In this document: piece after piece, positions 19,877 through 30,296 of the stretch
Layout of the letters: each line of letters starts with the position of its first letter
Position numbering within the stretch: the stretch's first letter is position 1
NCBI GenBank assembly: GCA_045863395.1
Contig: BTVJ01000002.1
Location: 96,001 to 160,000 of the forward strand
Direction: 5' to 3'
Source: Myxococcales bacterium
GTDB lineage: Bacteria > Myxococcota_A > UBA9042 > JABWCM01 > BTVJ01
Length of the DNA: 64,000 bases
Notes under the pieces: model-generated
The model's input: the letters and a program-made list of their open reading frames with translations, nothing else
Told to the model about the DNA's origin: nothing
Databases searched by the model: none
Translations under genes and position numbers: made by a program

Positions 19877-20500
19877 ATGACGAAGCGGCGAGCGCGGGGC
19901 GAGCTGACCCGGGTGCAGGTGCTGGAGGCGACGCTGCGGCTCCTGGCGCGGGAGGGGCCCCGTGGCGTGACCCACCGGGCGGTGGCCGCCGAGGGGGGGA
20001 CGTCGGTCCGGGCGACCACCTACTACTTCGCGTCGCGCGAGCAGCTCCTCGGCGAGGCGCTGGTCCACTACGCAGACACGGCCATCGGGCGGATCGACGC
20101 GCTGACGGCGACCCTGGGCGCGCTGCCGAAGGAGCGGGCGGCGCTGCGGGAGAAGATCGCCGATCTGCTGGCCCTGTCGGTCCTCAGCAACCTGGGGGAC
20201 CGCACCGGCCTCATCGCCGAGTACGAGCTGATCCTGGAGACCGCCCGGAACCCGACGCTGGAGGACACGTACCGCCGCTGGCAGGAGCGGCTGGAGTGCC
20301 TGATCCGCCACTTCGCGCTGGAGCTGGGCTCCGACGCCCCCGAGGAGGACACGCGCATCGTCCTCGCCGTCCTCCGCGGCGTGGAGATGGAGGCCCTGTC
20401 CCGCCCGTCGCGGGAGGCTGGCTTCGCGGAGCTCCGGCAGACGATGGGGCACCTGCTCGCTGGGCTCGAGGCGGGGATGCTCGCCCGGCGGGCCGGGTGA
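19877..20500 (+). CDS. TetR/AcrR family transcriptional regulator
   Basis: LEATLRLLAREGPRGVTHRAVAAE...TTYYFASREQL. Confidence 0.9.
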   Translation: MTKRRARGELTRVQVLEATLRLLAREGPRGVTHRAVAAEGGTSVRATTYYFASREQLLGEALVHYADTAIGRIDALTATLGALPKERAALREKIADLLALSVLSNLGDRTGLIAEYELILETARNPTLEDTYRRWQERLECLIRHFALELGSDAPEEDTRIVLAVLRGVEMEALSRPSREAGFAELRQTMGHLLAGLEAGMLARRAG

Positions 20501-20542
20501 CCGAGGGCTCCCGAGGGGGACCCGAATCTCGGACTCCCGTGG

Positions 20543-20572
20543 TTGACGCGGCGTGGGCCGGCGAGGCAAACT
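20543..20572 (+). promoter_or_regulatory. Possible sigma70 promoter of the nuo operon
   Basis: TTGACG-18 nt-CAAACT upstream of AGGAGG and the TTG start of nuoA. Confidence 0.3.
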
Positions 20573-20615
20573 CCGCCCCGCTCCGGGGCTGGTAGCCCCG
20601 CAAAGGAGGACCGGA

Positions 20616-20978
20616 TTGGACAGCATTGCCGAGTACGAGGTGGTTGTGGCGCTGGCCGCCGTGGGCTTCCTCGTCGGCATGGTCCCGCTGATCGTCCCCC
20701 GGCTCATCGCTCCCCGGGTCGTCGGCGAGAAGACCGCCGAGACCTACGAGTGCGGCGTCGACACGGTCGGCTCCGCGTGGGTCCGGTTCAGCGTCTCGTT
20801 CTATCTCTTCGCGCTGATCTTCGTCGCCTTCGAGGTGGACATCCTGTACCTCTTCCCGGTCGCGCTGGTCTACGGCAGCTTCCCGTGGCGGGACCTCATC
20901 GAGATCAGCATGTTCCTGATGATCCTGGGCCTCGCCATCGTGTACGCGTGGCGCCGCGGGGTGTTCCAATGGCGGTAG
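20616..20978 (+). CDS. nuoA: NADH-quinone oxidoreductase subunit A
   Basis: [39 protein letters not shown] start after AGGAGG. Confidence 0.93.
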   Translation: MDSIAEYEVVVALAAVGFLVGMVPLIVPRLIAPRVVGEKTAETYECGVDTVGSAWVRFSVSFYLFALIFVAFEVDILYLFPVALVYGSFPWRDLIEISMFLMILGLAIVYAWRRGVFQWR

Positions 20979-21529
20979 ACCCGTCCAAGGAGAGGGGCGG
21001 CACCACCGCGGGGGTGCAGCCGAGCCTGGTGCGAGGGCAGGGCGGTGACATCCCCCTGGAGGCGCAGCCCTACGTGCGGTTCGCCCTGCTCGACGACCTG
21101 CTCAACGCGGCGCGGGCCAACTCGCTGTGGCCGCTGACGTTCGGCCTCGCCTGCTGCGCCATCGAGATGATGGCCGCCGGGGCGAGCCGCCACGACCTGG
21201 ACCGCTTCGGGGCGGGCGTGTTCAGGCCCAGCGCGCGGCAGGCGGACGTGATGATCTTCGCCGGCACAATCTCGCGGAAGATGGCGCCCGTCATCAAGGC
21301 CCTGTGGGACCAGATGCCGTCGCCCAAGTGGGCCATCGCCATGGGCGGCTGCACCATCGACGGCGGGCCCTTCAAGTACCCGAACCAATACGCTATCGTC
21401 GAGGGCGCCGACCACCTGGTCCCCGTCGACGTCTACATCCCCGGCTGCCCGCCGCGCCCCGAGGCGCTGATCGCCGGCATCCTGAAGCTCCGCGACAAGG
21501 TCAAGGCGGGCCGGAGGTTCCAAGGATGA
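20969..21529 (+). CDS. nuoB: NADH-quinone oxidoreductase subunit B
   Basis: [40 protein letters not shown]. Confidence 0.96.
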   Translation: MAVDPSKERGGTTAGVQPSLVRGQGGDIPLEAQPYVRFALLDDLLNAARANSLWPLTFGLACCAIEMMAAGASRHDLDRFGAGVFRPSARQADVMIFAGTISRKMAPVIKALWDQMPSPKWAIAMGGCTIDGGPFKYPNQYAIVEGADHLVPVDVYIPGCPPRPEALIAGILKLRDKVKAGRRFQG

Positions 21530-21969
21530 GCCTTCGGAAGGAGCTCGGTCCCCTCGTCCGGGAGTCGGCGGAGCGGGATCACGGGCGGGTCGGCTTCCAC
21601 GCCGTTCACGTGGCGGACGCGGCGGCCATGCCTGCCGTCGCCGCCACCTTCCGGCGCCACGGCTACGTGCTGGAGCTGCTGACCTGCCAGGACCGCCGCT
21701 CGGACCTGGGCAAGCTGCGGCTGGTGTATGGCTTCAATCGCTGGGAGCAGGCGGACCGGCACCTGGTCCACGCGGACCTGGACCCGGGCGAGGCCGGCGT
21801 GTCCATCACGGGGGTGACGAGGGCCGCCGACTGGAACGAGCGCGAGGTCTTCGACATGTACGGCGTGCGCTTCGAGGGGCACTCGGACTGCAAGCGCATC
21901 CTGCTGCCAGAGGACGCGGACTTCCACGCCCTGCTCAAGGACTTCGGGCGCATGGAGGACGCGCCATGA
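21526..21969 (+). CDS. nuoC: NADH-quinone oxidoreductase subunit C (short)
   Basis: [32 protein letters not shown]. Confidence 0.9.
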   Translation: MSLRKELGPLVRESAERDHGRVGFHAVHVADAAAMPAVAATFRRHGYVLELLTCQDRRSDLGKLRLVYGFNRWEQADRHLVHADLDPGEAGVSITGVTRAADWNEREVFDMYGVRFEGHSDCKRILLPEDADFHALLKDFGRMEDAP

Positions 21970-23099
21970 GCGACGCGCGCCCCCCGGTGGGAGTCCACGA
22001 GGACGACCAGGACGTCTACACCCTGAACATGGGCCCGCAGCACCCGAGCATGCACGGCGTGCTGCGCCTCGTGCTGAAGATGCGCGGGGAGGAGATCATC
22101 GCCGCCGAGCCGGTCATCGGCTATGCGCACCGCGCCCACGAGAAGATGGCGGAGAACCGGAACTACACGATGTTCCTGCCGAACACCTCGCGGGTCGACT
22201 ACCTGAGCGGCCTGATCTACAACCTCGGCTACTGCCAGCTCGTCGAGAAGATGAGCGAAATAGAGGTGCCGGAGCGGGCGGTGGCCATCCGGGTCATCAC
22301 GGGGGAGCTGAACCGCGTCCAGAGCCACCTGCTGTGGTTTGGCACCTTCCTGCTCGACCTGGGCGGGTTCACGCCGTTCCTGTACTCGTTTGAAGACCGG
22401 GAGAAGATCCTCGCCATCCTGGAGCGCGTGACCGGGTCGCGGCTCACCTACTCGTATGGGCGCTTCGGCGGCGTCACCATGGACGTGGACCAGCGCTTCT
22501 GCGACGAGACGCGCGCATTTGCCGCCCACCTGCGCGGGCGCCTCGGCATGTACCAGGCGCTGGTCGGCGACAACGTGATCTTCCGCAACCGTGTCGAGGG
22601 CGTCGGCGTGATCTCCCGTGAGGTCGCCGCGGAGTACGCCGTGACGGGGCCGTGCCTTCGCGCCGCGGGCGTCGCCTACGACGTGCGCAAGGCCGAGCCG
22701 TATGGGGGGTACGAGGGCTACGACTTCGAGGTGCCCACGGCCCACGAGGGGGACGCCTGGGCCCGCTACCGGGTGCGCATCGCCGAGATCGAGCAGTCCC
22801 TGCGCATCATCGAGCAGGGCCTGGACCGCCTCCCCGAGGGGCCCGTCATGCCCAAGAAGATGCCGAAGCGCATCAAGCCGCCGGAGGGGGAGACGTACTT
22901 CGCCGTCGAGGCCGCCCGCGGGCACTTCGGCATGTACTGCCTGAGCGACGGGGGGCTCATCCCCGCCAAGCTCAAGCTGCGCACGCCGTCCTTCTCCAAC
23001 CTGTCGGCCATGCCGGCGGTGCTGCCGGGCACCATGGTCGCCGACACCATCGCGGTGGTGGGCAGCATCGACATCGTGCTCCCGGAGGTGGACCGGTGA
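21966..23099 (+). CDS. nuoD: NADH-quinone oxidoreductase subunit D
   Basis: [53 protein letters not shown]. Confidence 0.96.
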   Translation: MSDARPPVGVHEDDQDVYTLNMGPQHPSMHGVLRLVLKMRGEEIIAAEPVIGYAHRAHEKMAENRNYTMFLPNTSRVDYLSGLIYNLGYCQLVEKMSEIEVPERAVAIRVITGELNRVQSHLLWFGTFLLDLGGFTPFLYSFEDREKILAILERVTGSRLTYSYGRFGGVTMDVDQRFCDETRAFAAHLRGRLGMYQALVGDNVIFRNRVEGVGVISREVAAEYAVTGPCLRAAGVAYDVRKAEPYGGYEGYDFEVPTAHEGDAWARYRVRIAEIEQSLRIIEQGLDRLPEGPVMPKKMPKRIKPPEGETYFAVEAARGHFGMYCLSDGGLIPAKLKLRTPSFSNLSAMPAVLPGTMVADTIAVVGSIDIVLPEVDR

Positions 23100-24073
23100 G
23101 CACCGACTTCCTCACGATCTTCGGGAGCCTGCCCTTCGCGGTGCTGGTGGCCGTCGCGGGCATCATGGGGCTCCTGACCTTCAACGCCCTGTTCTCGGTG
23201 TGGTACGAGCGCAAGCTGGCGGGCCGCATCCAGAACCGGCTGGGACCCACCGAGATGGGTCCGGCGGGGACGCTCCAGACCATCGTGGACATGGTCAAGC
23301 TGATCTCGAAGCAGATCATCATCCCCAAGAACATCGACCGCCCGCTCTACTACCTGGCTCCCGTGGTGCTCTTCGCGCCGGTGGTGGCGTCGGTGGCCCT
23401 GTTCCCCTTCTCCGAGTCCTGGGCGGTCACGGACGTGGACATCGGCCTCGTCCTGGTCTTCGCCTTCGCGGGCATCGGCATCATCGGCATCTTCATGGCC
23501 GGGTGGGGGTCCAACAACAAGTACGCGCTGCTCGGCGCCATGCGGTCGGTGGCCCAGAACATCAGCTACGAGATCCCGCTGATCCTCTCGACGCTGTCCG
23601 TGGTGCTGATGACCCGCACCATGAACCTGCAGGACATCGTGCTGGCGCAGGCGTCCTTTCCGTTCCTGCTGGTGCAGCCGCTGGCGGCGCTGATCTACGT
23701 CATCGCGGCGACGGCGGAGACCAACCGCGCGCCCTTCGACATCCCGGAGGCGGAGAGCGAGCTGGTCGCGGGCTTCCACACCGAGTACAGCGGCATGGGC
23801 TTCGCCATGTTCATGTTCGGCGAGTACTCCAACATGCTCATCGTGAGCATGGTCGCCACGGTGCTGTTCCTGGGCGGGTGGCACGGGCCGGTGCTGCCCG
23901 GGCCGGTGTGGTTCCTGCTCAAGACGTACCTGGTGCTGACGGTGATCATCTGGTTCCGGTGGACCTTCCCGCGGCTTCGGTTCGACCAGCTCATGACCTT
24001 CGCGTGGGGGCTGCTGATCCCCCTGTCGATCCTCAACCTGCTCGTCACAGGGCTCGTGCTGAAGCTGCTATGA
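23096..24073 (+). CDS. nuoH: NADH-quinone oxidoreductase subunit H
   Basis: ERKLAGRIQNRLGP, SNNKYALLGAMRSVAQNISYE, AETNRAPFDIPEAESELVAGFHTEYSG, PRLRFDQLM. Confidence 0.96.
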   Translation: MSTDFLTIFGSLPFAVLVAVAGIMGLLTFNALFSVWYERKLAGRIQNRLGPTEMGPAGTLQTIVDMVKLISKQIIIPKNIDRPLYYLAPVVLFAPVVASVALFPFSESWAVTDVDIGLVLVFAFAGIGIIGIFMAGWGSNNKYALLGAMRSVAQNISYEIPLILSTLSVVLMTRTMNLQDIVLAQASFPFLLVQPLAALIYVIAATAETNRAPFDIPEAESELVAGFHTEYSGMGFAMFMFGEYSNMLIVSMVATVLFLGGWHGPVLPGPVWFLLKTYLVLTVIIWFRWTFPRLRFDQLMTFAWGLLIPLSILNLLVTGLVLKLL

Positions 24074-24086
24074 CCGGAGGGACGCC

Positions 24087-24722
24087 GTGATCCGCAAGGT
24101 GCTCGACGGGGCCCGTTCTCTACTGACCGGCATGGGCGTGACGGCCCGGGAGGGGTCGACGAAGCCCGTCACCCAGCGCTACCCGCACGCGCGCCCCGAG
24201 ATGTCGGAGGCGTACCGGAGCTGCATCAAGCTCGTGCGCTTCCCGGAGACGGGCTCCCACGACTGCGTCGCCTGCATGCAGTGCGTCAACATCTGCCCGT
24301 CGTTCTGCATCGCCATCGACGGGGAGAAGATCGAGGGCATCAAGAAGCAGCGGGCGGTGCGCTTCGAGGTGGACTTCGCCCTGTGCAGCCTGTGCGGCCT
24401 CTGCGTGGACGTGTGCCCGACCGTGACCCTGGAGTACTCCAAGCGCTTCGACGACGCGGGCTACACCCGTCACTGGGTGAGCGACCTGCTGGAGCCCTAC
24501 CGGGACGGCGAGGCGGAGTTCATCGAGGCGCAGCGGGCGCGGGAGGCTGCGGCCGCGGCGGCGAAGAAGGCGCCGGAGAAGCCGGCCAAGGCGGCCACGG
24601 GGGACGAGGCGGCGCTGAAGGTGCCCAAGGTGGCCAAGGCCCCGCGAGAGGGCGCCGGGGGCGATGCGCCAGGGGCAGCGGCTGCCGACGGCCCCACGCC
24701 CGGCGAGGGGGCCGCGCCATGA
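24087..24722 (+). CDS. nuoI: NADH-quinone oxidoreductase subunit I with Ala/Lys-rich tail
   Basis: TQRYP, CVACMQCVNICP, CSLCGLCVDVCP. Confidence 0.92.
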   Translation: MIRKVLDGARSLLTGMGVTAREGSTKPVTQRYPHARPEMSEAYRSCIKLVRFPETGSHDCVACMQCVNICPSFCIAIDGEKIEGIKKQRAVRFEVDFALCSLCGLCVDVCPTVTLEYSKRFDDAGYTRHWVSDLLEPYRDGEAEFIEAQRAREAAAAAAKKAPEKPAKAATGDEAALKVPKVAKAPREGAGGDAPGAAAADGPTPGEGAAP

Positions 24723-25234
24723 GCATGCCGATTGCGCTGCTGATGGGCATGGCGGTGGGCGGGGCGCTGGTCGCCGTCTCCGTGCGCAACATCCTGCACG
24801 CCGTCTTCGGGCTCGCCATCGCGCTGCTCGGCATCGCGGGGGTGTTCCTGTACCTGAACAGCCCCTTCGTGGCCGCCATGGAGGTCATCATCTACGTGGG
24901 CGGGATCTCTGTGGCCATGGTGTTCGCGGTGATGTTGTCTCGCGCCCTGTCCGTGCCCCAGCCCACTGAAGGTGGCGGGCGCGTCCTGCGTGCGGTCCTC
25001 GGCGCGGGGGTGTTCCTCGCCCTGATGGGGACCGTGATCCTGAAGGCAGACCTCGGGACGGCGCCGCCCCTCGGCGAGACCGAGGCGGCCTGGGGAGTCG
25101 ATCGCATCGGCGAGGCCCTGCTGACCCGCTACAACCTGGTGTTCGAGACCCTGAGCGTCGTCCTGCTGCTCGCGATCATGGGCGCCATCGCGGTGGCCCA
25201 GCGCCCGGGCAAGGGCGCGGAGGAGGGCCGATGA
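24719..25234 (+). CDS. nuoJ: NADH-quinone oxidoreductase subunit J
   Basis: RNILHAVFGL, FVAAMEVIIYVGGISV, FETLSVVLL. Confidence 0.92.
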   Translation: MSMPIALLMGMAVGGALVAVSVRNILHAVFGLAIALLGIAGVFLYLNSPFVAAMEVIIYVGGISVAMVFAVMLSRALSVPQPTEGGGRVLRAVLGAGVFLALMGTVILKADLGTAPPLGETEAAWGVDRIGEALLTRYNLVFETLSVVLLLAIMGAIAVAQRPGKGAEEGR

Positions 25235-25536
25235 CCGCGACCCCGTTCCTGCTCTTCGGAGCGCTCCTGTTCGCCATGGGCCTCTACGCGGTCATGGCGC
25301 GCCGGAACCTCATCGGGATCCTGATCGGCGTCGAGCTGATGCTCAACGCCTGCAGCGTCAACTTCCTGACCTTCAACCGCTTCCTGAACACCGACCCCGT
25401 GGTCGGGCAGGTCGTCGTGCTGTTCGTCATCGGCCTGGCCGCGGCGGAGGCCGCCGTCGCGCTGTCGATCATCCTGGCGGTGTACCGGAGCCGCTCGGCC
25501 ATCGACGTGGACGATCTGACGGAGCTGAGGGGGTAG
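25231..25536 (+). CDS. nuoK: NADH-quinone oxidoreductase subunit K
   Basis: RRNLIGILIGVELMLNA, AAAEAAVAL. Confidence 0.95.
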   Translation: MTATPFLLFGALLFAMGLYAVMARRNLIGILIGVELMLNACSVNFLTFNRFLNTDPVVGQVVVLFVIGLAAAEAAVALSIILAVYRSRSAIDVDDLTELRG

Positions 25537-25537
25537 G

Positions 25538-27415
25538 GTGAGCACGAGCCTCCTGGCAAGCGTGTGCCTGTTTGCGCCGCTCATCGCGTTCTTCGTCTCC
25601 TTTGCGGTCCTGCGGGGCCAGCAGGCGGCCGGCATCGCCGTGTCGCTGCTCGGCGGGGTCGCGTCGGCGGTCGCCTCCGTGGCGCTGCTGGCGGGCGGCG
25701 CGGTGGCCGAGCCCATCACCTGGACGTGGCTCGTCGCGAGCGGCGTGGAAGTGCGCTTCGGCTTCCTCCTAGACGCCCCGGCCCTGCTCATGGGCGTGGT
25801 GGTGGCGGTCATCGCGCTCTGCATCCAGGTCTACTCCCTCGCCTACATGGCGGGCGACGAGGGGATGCGCCGCTACTACGCCTTCCTGTCCCTGTTCGCC
25901 TGGTCCATGCTGAGCTTCGTCTACGCGCCGAGCCTGCTCCAGGCCTTCATCTTCTGGGAGCTGGTGGGCCTCGCGTCCTTCCTGCTCATCGGGTTCTGGT
26001 TCCACAAGCCGTCCGCCGCCGCCGCCGCGAAGAAGGCCTTCCTGATGACGCGCATCGGCGACGTGGGCCTGTTCATCGGCATCCTGATGCTGTTCGGGGC
26101 GGTGCAGACCCTCGACATCGTGACCATCAACCAGCCCGGCACCATCGCGGCGATCCCGGCGGGCACCCTCTCTGCGATCACCCTGCTCCTGTTCGCGGGC
26201 ATCGTCGGCAAGAGCGCCCAGTTCCCGCTGCACACCTGGCTCCCCGACGCCATGGAGGGCCCGACGCCGGTGTCGGCGCTCCTCCACTCGGCGACCATGG
26301 TGGCGGCGGGGGTGTTCCTGTTTGCCCGGTTCCACCCGCTGTTCATGGCGGCGCCCGGCACCCTGGACGTGGTGCTGGTCATCGCGACGTTCACGGCCAT
26401 CATGTCGTCGACCATGGCGACCGTGGCGCTGGACATGAAGCGGGTGCTCGCGTTCAGCTCCATCAGCCAGCTCGGCTTCATGCTCATGGGCCTCGCCGCG
26501 GGGAGCCTCTTCGCCGGGGTCTTCCATCTGGTCACCCACGCGATCTTCAAGGCGCTCCTCTTCCTGAGCGCCGGGGCGTTCATCCACCACCACGGCACCA
26601 ACGACATGGTGGCCATGGGGCGGGACGGCGCTCGGGGGCTCAAGGTGGCCGTCATCGGGGTCCTGGCCGGCGGCCTCGCGCTGGCGGGGATCCCCCCGCT
26701 CGCCGGCTTCTGGTCCAAGGAGGCCATCCTCCACGAGCTGTCCGCCGGGGGGCACACGGTCTTCGCGGCCGGCGGCATGATCGCCGCCTTCCTGACCGCG
26801 TACTACACGTTCCGCATGATCTTCCTGCTGCTGCGGCCCAACCCGGCCGGGGCGCTCCAGCCTGCTGAAGCGGCCCACCACGGAGGGCACGGCGCCGACC
26901 ACGGGCATGGCGTCCCCGCGGCCATGGCGGCTCCGATCCTCCTGCTGGCGGTGGGGGCGGTCGTGACGGGGTTTGCCGGCGACGCCATCGCGGGGCTGCT
27001 GGGGGTGACGGTCGACCACCCGCCCCTCGTCGCCATGGCCCCTGCCATCGGGGTGGCGCTGCTCGGCGTGGCGCTCGCGTGGGTGGACTTCGGGCGCGCG
27101 GGCGCCCCCCAGACCGGCTTCGTCGGGCGCTTCGCGGGGGTCCAGCGCTTCCTCCAGAACCAGTGGTACTTGAACGAGCTCTACGACCGCGCCTTCGTGC
27201 GGCCGGCCGTGGCCGTCGCGAGGGCGTGCTTCAGCCTGGAGACCAAGGGCCTCGACACCGGCGCCGACGGCGTGGCGCTCGCGACCCGCGGCATGGGCGG
27301 CAAGGTGGCGCTGCTCCACTCCGGGCGCCTCCAGCTCTACGTCAGCGGCGCGGTGCTCCTGGTCGGGGCGCTGTCCTTCTACCTGCTGAGCGCGGACTGG
27401 GGGCTCGCACCATGA
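25538..27415 (+). CDS. nuoL: NADH-quinone oxidoreductase subunit L
   Basis: FWELVGLASFLLIGFW, KSAQFPLHTWLPDAMEGPTPVSALLHSATMV, HAIFKALLFL. Confidence 0.96.
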   Translation: MSTSLLASVCLFAPLIAFFVSFAVLRGQQAAGIAVSLLGGVASAVASVALLAGGAVAEPITWTWLVASGVEVRFGFLLDAPALLMGVVVAVIALCIQVYSLAYMAGDEGMRRYYAFLSLFAWSMLSFVYAPSLLQAFIFWELVGLASFLLIGFWFHKPSAAAAAKKAFLMTRIGDVGLFIGILMLFGAVQTLDIVTINQPGTIAAIPAGTLSAITLLLFAGIVGKSAQFPLHTWLPDAMEGPTPVSALLHSATMVAAGVFLFARFHPLFMAAPGTLDVVLVIATFTAIMSSTMATVALDMKRVLAFSSISQLGFMLMGLAAGSLFAGVFHLVTHAIFKALLFLSAGAFIHHHGTNDMVAMGRDGARGLKVAVIGVLAGGLALAGIPPLAGFWSKEAILHELSAGGHTVFAAGGMIAAFLTAYYTFRMIFLLLRPNPAGALQPAEAAHHGGHGADHGHGVPAAMAAPILLLAVGAVVTGFAGDAIAGLLGVTVDHPPLVAMAPAIGVALLGVALAWVDFGRAGAPQTGFVGRFAGVQRFLQNQWYLNELYDRAFVRPAVAVARACFSLETKGLDTGADGVALATRGMGGKVALLHSGRLQLYVSGAVLLVGALSFYLLSADWGLAP

Positions 27416-28872
27416 ACGGCTTCCCGCTGCTCTCCGCCATCCTGCTGTGCCCGCTGGTGGCGACCGTGGTCACGGCGCTGCTCCCGCGGACGGCCGCGCA
27501 GACGATCAAGGCCGTCAACGCGGTCTGCTCCCTGGCCTCGGTGGTGTTCGCCGGGTTCCTCTGGCACGGCTACGACGCGGCGGTCCCGGGCTTCCAGTTC
27601 GTGGAGTCCTACCCGTGGATCGAGGCCGCCGGGATCCAGTACCAGCTCGGCGCCGACGGGATCAGCGTGCTGCTCACCGGCTTGACCGCCCTCGTGTTCT
27701 TCACGGGCGTCCTGACCATGTGGGGCCTGGAGACGCGGGTCAAGGAGTACTTCGCCTTCCAGGCGCTGCTGGTCGTCGGCGTCTTCGGGGTGTTCCTCAG
27801 CCTGGATGTGTTCGCCTTCTTCTTCTTCTATGAGGTGGCCGTCCTCCCCATGTACCCGCTGATCGTCGTCTGGGGCTCCACGAACAAGGAGCACTCGGCG
27901 ATGAAGCTCATGCTGTATCTCATGGCGGGCTCGGCGCTCCTGTTTCCGGGGCTCATCGGGCTCTGGCACGTGACGGGCGGGCAGAGCTGGAGCCTGCTGG
28001 AGATGGCCAAGGCCGAGATTCCCACATCCACCCAGGTCTTCTTGTACCCGTTCATCTACATCGGCTTTGGGGTGCTGGCGGGCATGTTCCCGTTCCACGG
28101 GTGGTCGCCGTCGGGCCACGTGGCGGCGCCGACGGCGGTCTCCATGCTCCACGCCGGGGTTCTGATGAAGCTCGGGGCCTACGGCATCCTGCGCATCGGC
28201 ATGACGCTGCTGCCCGAGGGCGCCCGCTACTGGATGTGGCCCTTCGCCGTCCTGGCGACGGTCAACGTGGTGTATGGGGCCTTCGTCGCCATGCGCCAGA
28301 ACGACTTCAAGTTCGTCATCGGGTTCTCGAGCGTGAGCCACATGGGGCTCGTGCTCCTGGGTCTCAACACGCTGACCATCGATGGCATCAATGGGGCCGT
28401 GTTCCAGATGTTCGCCCACGGGGTCATGACGGCCCTGTTCTTCAGCTCCGTGGGCTTCATCTACGACCAGACCCACGACCGTGACATCTCCCACTTCGGC
28501 GGCCTGGCGAAACAGGTGCCGATGGCGGCGACGTTCTTCATGATCGCGGGGCTCTGCGGCATCGGCGTGCCGGGCTTCGCGAGCTTCGTCGCGGAGCTGC
28601 TCGTGTTCCTCGGGACCTTCCAGGCGTGGCCGGTCCTCGGCGTCATCGCCATCGGAGGGCTCGTCTTCACCATGGCCTACATGCTGCGGGTGTTCGGTCG
28701 GGCCATGTTCGGCCCCAGGAACGAGCGGTGGGACCACCTGGTCGAGCCGTCGCGCTTCGAGATGATCCCCCGCGTGGCGCTGATCGCCGTGCTCCTCGTG
28801 TTCGGCTTCGCCCCCCGCCTCGCGCTGGACCTCGTGGCCCCGGCTACGACGGCCCTCATGGAGCTGTTCTGA
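27412..28872 (+). CDS. nuoM: NADH-quinone oxidoreductase subunit M
   Basis: LGADGIS, FFFYEV, FPFHGWSPSGHVAAPTAVSMLHAGVLMKLGAYG, SSVSHMG. Confidence 0.95.
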   Translation: MNGFPLLSAILLCPLVATVVTALLPRTAAQTIKAVNAVCSLASVVFAGFLWHGYDAAVPGFQFVESYPWIEAAGIQYQLGADGISVLLTGLTALVFFTGVLTMWGLETRVKEYFAFQALLVVGVFGVFLSLDVFAFFFFYEVAVLPMYPLIVVWGSTNKEHSAMKLMLYLMAGSALLFPGLIGLWHVTGGQSWSLLEMAKAEIPTSTQVFLYPFIYIGFGVLAGMFPFHGWSPSGHVAAPTAVSMLHAGVLMKLGAYGILRIGMTLLPEGARYWMWPFAVLATVNVVYGAFVAMRQNDFKFVIGFSSVSHMGLVLLGLNTLTIDGINGAVFQMFAHGVMTALFFSSVGFIYDQTHDRDISHFGGLAKQVPMAATFFMIAGLCGIGVPGFASFVAELLVFLGTFQAWPVLGVIAIGGLVFTMAYMLRVFGRAMFGPRNERWDHLVEPSRFEMIPRVALIAVLLVFGFAPRLALDLVAPATTALMELF

Positions 28873-30296
28873 TGCCGCAGGACCTGCTCGCCTTTCTGCC
28901 CGAGGCCGCCATCCTGCTTGGCTCCCTCGCCCTGTTCGCCGTCGCGGTGGTGACTGACTGCCGGGTCGCGACGTGGCGCACGGCGGTCGGGGTCGCGCTC
29001 GTGACCGTCGCCGCTGCGCTCGCGGCCCTCGGGGAGCGGGGAGAGCCCTTCTTCCCGGGAATCTATCGCTCGGACGCGTTCTCTCAGGTGCTCAAGCTGG
29101 GCCTGGCCATCGGGCTGCTGCTCGTGACCCTGGTCAGCCGGGAGATCGCCGGCGTGAGGCGCCAGGCGCGCACCGACGTTCCCATCTTTCTCGCCCTGGC
29201 GACCGCGGGGATGATGCTGCTGGTCTCCTCCACGGAGCTCCTGACCCTCTACGTGGCCCTGGAGATGTCGGCGCTGTCCCTCTACATCGTCGCTGCCTTC
29301 CACCAGGAGCGGCTCCGCGGCAGTGAGGGCGCTGCCAAGTATGTCCTCTTCGGCGCGGCGTCGTCTGCGGTCACTCTGTATGGGCTGAGCCTCGTCTACG
29401 GCGCAACGGGGACGACCTATGTGGGCGACATCGTCGCACACGTCGTCGCGACGGGCGGGAGCCCGCTGTTTGCGGTCGGCGTGCTCCTGGCCCTGGCGGG
29501 GCTGCTCTTCAAGCTCGCGGTGTTTCCCTTCCACGCCTGGGCGCCGGACGTCTACGAGGCTGCCCCCAACGCCATCGTCGCGTTCATCGGCACCGCGTCG
29601 AAGGTGGCGGCCGTCGGCGTGCTCGCCCGTGTGATCTCGCTGACCGCGGAGCGGCCCGGCGCCCTGGTCACCGTGCTGCTGGTGCTGTCCGTGTTGTCCA
29701 TGACCATCGGGAACCTGGCGGCGCTGATCCAGAAGGACCTCAAGCGCCTGCTCGCCTGGTCCACCGTCGCCCACGGTGGCTACGTGCTCATCGGCCTGCT
29801 CGCCTTCACGGAGGCCGGGTTCGCTGGCGCCGTCTTCTACGGCCTCGCCTACCTCCTCATGGCCTTCGCGGTGTTTCTCGTGGTCTGCGTCATCGCCCCG
29901 GATGGCGAGAACCCCACCCTGGACTCTCTCGCGGGCCTCCACCACCGCTCGCCGCTCCTGCTGCTCGTGTTGCTGCTGGGAGTCTTCGGACTCGCGGGGA
30001 TTCCACCGACGCCCGGCTTCGCCGGCAAGTGGTTCCTCTTCTCGGCCGCCCTCAAGTCCGGCCACTTCTGGCTGGTCTTCGTAGCGGCGATCAACGCCAC
30101 GGTCTCTCTCTACTACTACCTGATCATCGTCAAGGCGGCCTTCCAGGCCCCCGCAGCGGATCGGCCCCCGATCCCGCTGGGCCTCCCTGCTCGCGCCGCC
30201 ACCTGGGCGGCCGTCGCTGCCCTCCTCGTGATCGGCGTCCTCCCCGGCCCGCTCTGGGACCTGGCGGCGGGGGCGGCGGCGGCGCTGCTGGGGTAG
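28872..30296 (+). CDS. nuoN: NADH-quinone oxidoreductase subunit N
   Basis: EGAAKYVLFGA, FKLAVFPFHAWAPDVYEAAP, KRLLAWSTVAHGGY, AGIPPTPGFAGKW, SLYYY. Confidence 0.95.
   Translation: MPQDLLAFLPEAAILLGSLALFAVAVVTDCRVATWRTAVGVALVTVAAALAALGERGEPFFPGIYRSDAFSQVLKLGLAIGLLLVTLVSREIAGVRRQARTDVPIFLALATAGMMLLVSSTELLTLYVALEMSALSLYIVAAFHQERLRGSEGAAKYVLFGAASSAVTLYGLSLVYGATGTTYVGDIVAHVVATGGSPLFAVGVLLALAGLLFKLAVFPFHAWAPDVYEAAPNAIVAFIGTASKVAAVGVLARVISLTAERPGALVTVLLVLSVLSMTIGNLAALIQKDLKRLLAWSTVAHGGYVLIGLLAFTEAGFAGAVFYGLAYLLMAFAVFLVVCVIAPDGENPTLDSLAGLHHRSPLLLLVLLLGVFGLAGIPPTPGFAGKWFLFSAALKSGHFWLVFVAAINATVSLYYYLIIVKAAFQAPAADRPPIPLGLPARAATWAAVAALLVIGVLPGPLWDLAAGAAAALLG

Noticed and set aside
20969..23099. Group 4 [NiFe] hydrogenase instead of complex I
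   Set aside because: The large subunit lacks both Ni-binding CxxC motifs, ends in EVDR and keeps the quinone-site residues.
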